The notes under the pieces were generated by a model. That model was not told the DNA's origin, made no database searches, and saw nothing but the letters and a program-made list of their open reading frames with translations. A stretch of DNA of 64,000 nucleotides from Alistipes sp. (GTDB lineage Bacteria; Bacteroidota; Bacteroidia; Bacteroidales; Rikenellaceae): assembly GCA_048465795.1 (NCBI GenBank), contig DBFWKV010000033.1, forward strand, positions 598 to 64,597, given 5' to 3'. Below, one piece after another: positions 58,488-64,000 of the stretch; positions within the stretch are counted from its first letter, which is position 1, and each line of letters opens with the position of its first letter. The translations under genes and the position numbers were made by a program.

Positions 58488-58846
58488 GTAGCATAGAGTT
58501 TGCTTCCTGTCGGCCGAAAGCGTAGATGCCGGGATTCCGCATGCCGGGCTTGTTGGAAGTACGGACTTCAGTTGGGCCGGGCTTTTCCGGGTGCGGTGTT
58601 TTTGCGGGCATCGGGATTCCGGATGTCGTGCTTTCGCGGGTGCGGGGTTTGCGAATGCCGTGCTTTCCCGGGCGGCGGGGCTGCCATGCCGGGCCGGGCA
58701 GCACGGACGCGGTGCACCGGCGGCCTGCCGGGAGGAGCAGACCGGGAGCAAAGCCGGGAATAAGATCGGGAACAAGACCAGTCCTGCTGCAAGACGGGGC
58801 TGCGGGGATGAGACCGGTGCGGGGAGTGTAATCGTTTTAAAAAGAA

Positions 58847-60076
58847 TTGATATTGGAAGAAAATAAAACAACCAAAAATCCGAATTCGGAGACATCGGCC
58901 GAAACCCGCCGCGAGCGGGCCGTGCTGGTTTCCGTCATCCGGGACAACCAGGAGCCTCGCCAGGCCGGGGAGTACCTCGACGAACTGGAGTTCCTGGCCG
59001 AAACGGCCGACATCGAGAGCGTGAAGCGCTTCACGCAGCGACTGCCACAGCCCTCGTCGCGCATCTATGTGGGGCCGGGCAAACTGGAGGAGATTGCCGA
59101 CTATTGCCGCGAGTCGGAGATCGACGTGGCGATCTTCGACGATGAACTCTCGCCGTCGCAGACCCGCAACATCGAGCAGGCGATGCCCTGCCGCATTCTC
59201 GACCGCACGCGCCTGATTCTCGACATTTTCTTGCGCCGTGCGCAGACGGCCTATGCCAAGACGCAGGTGCAGCTGGCCAATTACGAATACATGCTTCCTC
59301 GGCTTTCGGGCCTGTGGACGCACCTCGAGCGGCAGCGCGGCGGCACCGGAACGCGCGGCGGTGCGGGCGAGCGGGAGATCGAGACCGACCGCCGCATCAT
59401 CCGCAACCGGATTTCCAAGCTGAAGGAGGATCTGAAGAAGATCGACCGCCAGATGGCCGTGCAGCGCTCGAACCGGGGGGCGCTGGTGCGCGTGGCGCTG
59501 GTGGGCTACACGAACGTGGGCAAGTCGACGCTGATGAACCTCATTTCGAAAAGCGAGGTTTTCGCCGAGAACAAACTCTTCGCCACGCTCGACACGACGG
59601 TGCGCAAGGTGGTTTTCGACAACCTGCCGTTCCTGTTGTCGGATACGGTCGGGTTCATCCGCAAGCTGCCCACCGAACTGGTCGAGTCGTTCAAGTCGAC
59701 GCTGGACGAGGTGCGCGAAGCCGACCTGCTGGTGCATGTGGTCGATATTTCGCACCCGCAGTTCGAGGACCAGATCGATGTCGTGAAACAAACCCTGCAG
59801 GAGATCGGGGCGGGCGACAAACCCGTCTACCTGGTCTTCAACAAGGTCGATGCCTATACGTATATTAAAAAGGACGAGGACGACCTGACACCCGCCACGC
59901 GCGAGAACTTGTCGCTCGACGACCTGAAAAAGAGTTGGATCGCGCGGGCCAACACGCCCTGCATCTTCCTCTCGGCGAAGGAAAAAATCAACATCGAGAA
60001 GTTCCGTACCGACCTCTACGGCATGGTGCGCGAGATTCACGCCGGGCGTTATCCGTTCAACAACTTCCTCTATTAG
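58847..60076 (+). CDS. hflX: GTPase HflX
   Basis: ELSPSQTRN, GYTNVGKST, LFATLD, DTVGFI, NKVD; TTG start uncertain. Confidence 0.94.
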   Translation: MILEENKTTKNPNSETSAETRRERAVLVSVIRDNQEPRQAGEYLDELEFLAETADIESVKRFTQRLPQPSSRIYVGPGKLEEIADYCRESEIDVAIFDDELSPSQTRNIEQAMPCRILDRTRLILDIFLRRAQTAYAKTQVQLANYEYMLPRLSGLWTHLERQRGGTGTRGGAGEREIETDRRIIRNRISKLKEDLKKIDRQMAVQRSNRGALVRVALVGYTNVGKSTLMNLISKSEVFAENKLFATLDTTVRKVVFDNLPFLLSDTVGFIRKLPTELVESFKSTLDEVREADLLVHVVDISHPQFEDQIDVVKQTLQEIGAGDKPVYLVFNKVDAYTYIKKDEDDLTPATRENLSLDDLKKSWIARANTPCIFLSAKEKINIEKFRTDLYGMVREIHAGRYPFNNFLY

Positions 60077-60096
60077 AAACCACAAACTTCGATTTT

Positions 60097-60753
60097 ATGA
60101 CGTTGCATATCCTCAATCAGCAGAACACGGTTCTCAACAAGTTCATCGCGCAGATCCGCGACAAGGCGGTTCAGAAGGATTCGATGCGCTTCCGCCGCAA
60201 CCTGGAGCGTATCGGTGAGATCACGGCCTACGAGATTTCGAAGACCCTGCGTTACGTGTCCCGCACGGTCGAGACACCTCTGGGCGAGGCTACGGTCGAG
60301 ATGATCGACGACAAGCTCGTCGTGGCCACGATCCTGCGCGCGGGACTGCCTTACCACCAGGGTTTCCTGAACTATTTCGACGATGCGCAGAACGCCTTCG
60401 TGTCGGCCTACCGCAAGAGTACGAAGGACGGCAAGTTTACGGTGAAGGTCGAGTACATCTCCTGCGGCGACCTGGAGGGAAAGACGCTGCTGCTGGTCGA
60501 CCCGATGCTGGCTACGGGTTCGTCGCTCGTGCTGGCTTACAACGCCTTGTGCGAACGGGGCGGCACACCGTGCCACACACATGTGGCGGCCGTGATAGCC
60601 TCGGAACAGGGGATCGATTACGTGCAGAAGCACATGCCCAAGCTGACCACCACCGTCTGGGCGGCGGCTGTGGACGAGGAGCTTACCTCGCGGGCCTATA
60701 TCGTGCCCGGGATCGGCGATGCGGGCGATCTGGCGTACGGCGAGAAGATATAG
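60097..60753 (+). CDS. upp: Uracil phosphoribosyltransferase
   Basis: ILRAG, DPMLATGSS, YIVPGIGDAGD. Confidence 0.95.
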   Translation: MTLHILNQQNTVLNKFIAQIRDKAVQKDSMRFRRNLERIGEITAYEISKTLRYVSRTVETPLGEATVEMIDDKLVVATILRAGLPYHQGFLNYFDDAQNAFVSAYRKSTKDGKFTVKVEYISCGDLEGKTLLLVDPMLATGSSLVLAYNALCERGGTPCHTHVAAVIASEQGIDYVQKHMPKLTTTVWAAAVDEELTSRAYIVPGIGDAGDLAYGEKI

Positions 60754-60765
60754 TTGAAAAACGAA

Positions 60766-61200
60766 TGTTTTCGATAAGCGAGGGCAGAGCCGAACTCGTT
60801 CGAGCTTTGCCGAGCGCAGAAAACGATAAGACTGCGCAGCAGGCTTACCTGCGGGTAAGTGAGGACAGAGGCAGAAGAAAATCGAACTCTGCCGAACGGA
60901 GAAAACGAAAAGACGCCGCAGGCGGATTAAAAGTCACCTGACGCGGCAAGCGAGGGCATAGGCGAACTTGCCCGGCCTTTGCCCGCGCCGGAAGGAGCGA
61001 AACGAGCGCAGTGCAGTTAAAAGTACCCAAAATCGGCTTCCCCGAAGCATAAATCCCTATGCGCATAGCGCATGCGGAGCGCGAACTATGCCGAACCGCG
61101 AGAAGGAAAAGACTGCGTAGGGGAGTTGAAATTGAAAATTGAAATCCGGCTGTGCGGCAGGCAGTCCAAACCGCCGCAGGCAGTTCGAATCGCGCCACGC
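60766..61200 (+). repeat. Composite array of bulged-hairpin repeat units
   Basis: gttttcgataagcgagggcagagccgaactcgttcgagctttgccgagcgcagaaaacg, followed by several diverged units. Confidence 0.8.
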
Positions 61201-61253
61201 CGCACGGCGCCGGGTTGCCGCCGGGAGGGCTTACACAGCCGAACATCGAAACC

Positions 61254-63086
61254 ATGAAGAAAAAACTCCTTTTCGTCTTCGGCGTATTCTTCACGACCGT
61301 CCTGCTGATGGCCGTGCAGAAACCCGTGTTCATGGGGTGGTACGCCGCCGAAGCCGCCGGTGCGACCGCCGGAGACTGGCTGCGCGTCGTGTGGCACGGG
61401 CTTTCGCTCGACATGACGGTCGCCGGCTATGTCACGGCCCTGCCGCTGCTGCTGACGATCGTCTCGCTGTGGGTCTGCGTTTCCGACCGGACCTGGCACC
61501 GGATTTTCAACACCTATTTCGTCGTCGTCTCGCTTGTGGCGGCGGCCGTGTTCGCCGTGGACATCGCGCTCTACGAGCATTGGGGATTCCGCATCGACGG
61601 GACGGTGCTGATGTACCTCGCGGATCCGAAGGACGCGATGGCCAATGTCGATGCGTGGCTGGCCCTGCGCCAGACGCTCTTCTTCGCGCTCTTCGCCGCG
61701 CTGATGATCGGCAGCTACCGGATGGTGGTGCGGTTGTTCTGCGGCGGACGGGTGCGCCTGCGTCTGGTTTGGAGTCTGGTGCTGCTGGTGTTGGCCGGAG
61801 TCGATTTCCTGGCCATACGCGGCGGGACGGGCGCCTCGGTGGCCAATGTCTCGAAGGTCTATTTCAGCACGGACATGTTCCTGAACCATGCCGCGACCAA
61901 TCCCGTCTTTTCGTTCCTCTCGACGCTGGGCCGCAAGGAGAACTACGCCGAAGCCTATCCCTTCTTCGACGAGGCGACCCGCGCTGCGAAGTTCGAGGAG
62001 TTGCGGGGCAACGGTCCTCGTACAGGGCGGACCGAGCGGGTGCTGCGTACGCGCAGGCCCAACATCGCGCTGGTCATTCTGGAGAGCTTCGGCACGACGG
62101 TCATGGAGGCCGAGACCGAGGGACAGGCCGTGATGCCCCACATGCAGCGGTTGAAGGGCGAGGGGGTGTGGTTCGAGAACTTCTTCGCCAATTCGTTCCG
62201 CACCGACCGGGGCGAGGTGGCACTCCTGAGCGGATTCCCCGCGCAGACGCAGATTTCGATCATGAAGCTGCCGGCCAAGAGCAGCGGCCTGCCGTCGCTG
62301 GCCCGGTCGCTCGGCCGCGAGGGGTACACGTCGTTCTTCGTCTACGGCGGCGACCTCAATTTCACCAATCAGGCCTCCTACATGTACGCTACGGGGTGGC
62401 AGGAGCTGATCTGGCAGAAATCGCTGCGCTTCGACGCGCCCCTCTCGAAGTGGGGCTACGACGACCGGGTGATGTGCGATTTCTTCGCCGACGAGGTGAT
62501 CGCCCGCAGCAGCGCCGGGACCCCCTTTTTAGGGGGCTTGCTGACGCTGAGCAGCCACATTCCGTTCGACGTGCCCTATGCGAAATTCGAGGACAGGGTG
62601 CTCAATGCGATGGCTTTCTCCGACGAGTGCGTTGGACGCATGGTTGAAAAACTGAAAGCCTCGCCCGCCTGGGACGATCTGCTGCTTATCCTGGTCGCCG
62701 ACCACGGCTACCCCTACCCCTACGGCATCGCCTACAACATTCCGCTGCGTCACCGCATCCCGATGATCTGGCTGGGCGGAGCCGTCGACGGCCCCCGCAC
62801 GGTGGAGGAGTACGGTTCGCAGATCGACCTCTGCGCGACGGTGCTCTCGCAGTTGGACATCCCGCACGATGCGTTCGATTACAGCAAGAACCTGCTGGAC
62901 ACGATGACCCCCCCCCGGAAGTTCGGCTACTACACCTTCAATGACGGCTTCGGCGTGGTCGACGCCCGGGGCGAGGCGGTGTGGGACGCGACGAGTGGCA
63001 CGGTTCTTTCTGCGACGAATCCCGAGCTGCTGGACGTGGGCCGCACGATGCTGCAGACCACCTACGAGGACATCGACCGCCGCTGA
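61254..63086 (+). CDS. LTA synthase family / sulfatase-domain membrane protein
   Basis: N-terminal TM segments, PNIALVILESF, FRTDRG, TLSSHIPF, VADHG. Confidence 0.88.
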   Translation: MKKKLLFVFGVFFTTVLLMAVQKPVFMGWYAAEAAGATAGDWLRVVWHGLSLDMTVAGYVTALPLLLTIVSLWVCVSDRTWHRIFNTYFVVVSLVAAAVFAVDIALYEHWGFRIDGTVLMYLADPKDAMANVDAWLALRQTLFFALFAALMIGSYRMVVRLFCGGRVRLRLVWSLVLLVLAGVDFLAIRGGTGASVANVSKVYFSTDMFLNHAATNPVFSFLSTLGRKENYAEAYPFFDEATRAAKFEELRGNGPRTGRTERVLRTRRPNIALVILESFGTTVMEAETEGQAVMPHMQRLKGEGVWFENFFANSFRTDRGEVALLSGFPAQTQISIMKLPAKSSGLPSLARSLGREGYTSFFVYGGDLNFTNQASYMYATGWQELIWQKSLRFDAPLSKWGYDDRVMCDFFADEVIARSSAGTPFLGGLLTLSSHIPFDVPYAKFEDRVLNAMAFSDECVGRMVEKLKASPAWDDLLLILVADHGYPYPYGIAYNIPLRHRIPMIWLGGAVDGPRTVEEYGSQIDLCATVLSQLDIPHDAFDYSKNLLDTMTPPRKFGYYTFNDGFGVVDARGEAVWDATSGTVLSATNPELLDVGRTMLQTTYEDIDRR

Positions 63087-63166
63087 CGGGGCCGAATACC
63101 TGAAAATAGGTATTGTCCCGTCCCGGATTAATGGCTACATTTGCCTTCGGTAAACTCCTGAAAACG

Positions 63167-63859
63167 ATGTACAGAATCGGAAAATACAGGGCCGACGACC
63201 GGATGTGCGACCTGGTGAGCGCCCGCTATGCGGTATTGCTCGTGATGAGCCGTTTCGGTATTGCGCCGGGCTTCGGCGACCGGACGATCGGCGAGGTGTG
63301 CCGCGATGCCGGAGTGGACTGCGCGACCTTCCTGGCGGTGGTCAACCTGCCCGTTTCGGGCGCCGAAACCGAGGCGTGCGACCCCGCGTCGGTCTCGGTG
63401 GCCGCGCTGACCGACTACCTGCACCGCTCGCACGGCTATTTTCTCGACTACCGGCTGCCGGCCATCCGCACCCGGCTGGCCGAAGCGGTGGCGTGCGCAG
63501 GCTGTGACCTGAGCGTGGCGATCCTGCGTTTCTTCGACGAATATGTCTCCGAAGTACACCGGCACATGGCCTACGAGGAGGCGAACCTCTTCCCGTATGT
63601 CCGCTCGCTGCTCGAAGGCGGAAGGACGGGGAGATACTCCGCCGAGGTGTTCAGCCGCCACCACGACCGGATCGAGGCGAAACTCACCGAGCTGAAGAAC
63701 ATCCTGATCAAATATTACCCCGCAGGGCGGGCGAACGAGTTGAACGACGTGTTGTTCGACATTTTCCTCTGCGAGGAAGACCTCGCGTCGCACAACGCCG
63801 TGGAAGACCGGATTTACGTGCCGGCGATCCGGCGGCTGGAGAAAGGGGGCGGACGATGA
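63167..63859 (+). CDS. Hemerythrin-domain (ScdA/Ric-like) protein
   Basis: RFGIAPGFGD...VC, YLHRSH, HMAYEE..LFP, HNAVED. Confidence 0.8.
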   Translation: MYRIGKYRADDRMCDLVSARYAVLLVMSRFGIAPGFGDRTIGEVCRDAGVDCATFLAVVNLPVSGAETEACDPASVSVAALTDYLHRSHGYFLDYRLPAIRTRLAEAVACAGCDLSVAILRFFDEYVSEVHRHMAYEEANLFPYVRSLLEGGRTGRYSAEVFSRHHDRIEAKLTELKNILIKYYPAGRANELNDVLFDIFLCEEDLASHNAVEDRIYVPAIRRLEKGGGR

Positions 63860-64000
63860 GCCGGCCGCTGAAGCTGGCCGTCGCCGAACCTTCGGCCATC
63901 CTGCGCGGTGGTGTGGTCGCCGTGCTGGAGCGGATGCCGTCGCCGGCGGTGGAGATTCTGGAGGTGGAGGATTTGACGCAGCTCTCCGCCCTGCTTCGTC
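63856..64000 (+). CDS. Probable LuxR-type response regulator, truncated by the window end
   Basis: MSRPLKLAVAEPSAILRGGV receiver-like start; ATGA overlap with the hemerythrin gene. Confidence 0.55.
   Translation, partial: MSRPLKLAVAEPSAILRGGVVAVLERMPSPAVEILEVEDLTQLSALLR

Overview
GC-rich Bacteroidota chromosomal segment, most consistent with an Alistipes-like (Rikenellaceae) genome. This assignment is inferred from the gene set, TAnnTTTG promoter elements and AT-rich leaders lacking Shine-Dalgarno sites. Most of the window is housekeeping or cell-envelope genes: pth, rplY, galE, kdsC, comEC, holB, folK, rbfA, galM, xerD, prmA, recO, rluD, tgt, rsmG, rlmN, two tonB genes, hflX and upp. No rRNA, tRNA, CRISPR array, transposase or prophage was recognised. 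Four things stand out. (1) An accessory block at about 6.9-15.3 kb holds a hybrid histidine kinase and a sigma54 activator, then a -24/-12 promoter with a putative enhancer in front of two paralogous small secreted acidic peptides. After these come a lipoprotein with a BACON domain and a GT80/GT52 sialyltransferase-like domain, and an AT-rich XRE regulator. (2) Two unrelated intergenic elements share one architecture on the minus strand: promoter, long-range RNA stem with inner hairpins, then a U-tract. (3) A dispersed, modular family of bulged-hairpin REP-like repeats shows compensatory base changes and forms tandem arrays and an inverted pair. (4) Heptamer microsatellite tracts overlap gene starts and stops. 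All product calls come from motif recognition by eye; no database search was run.
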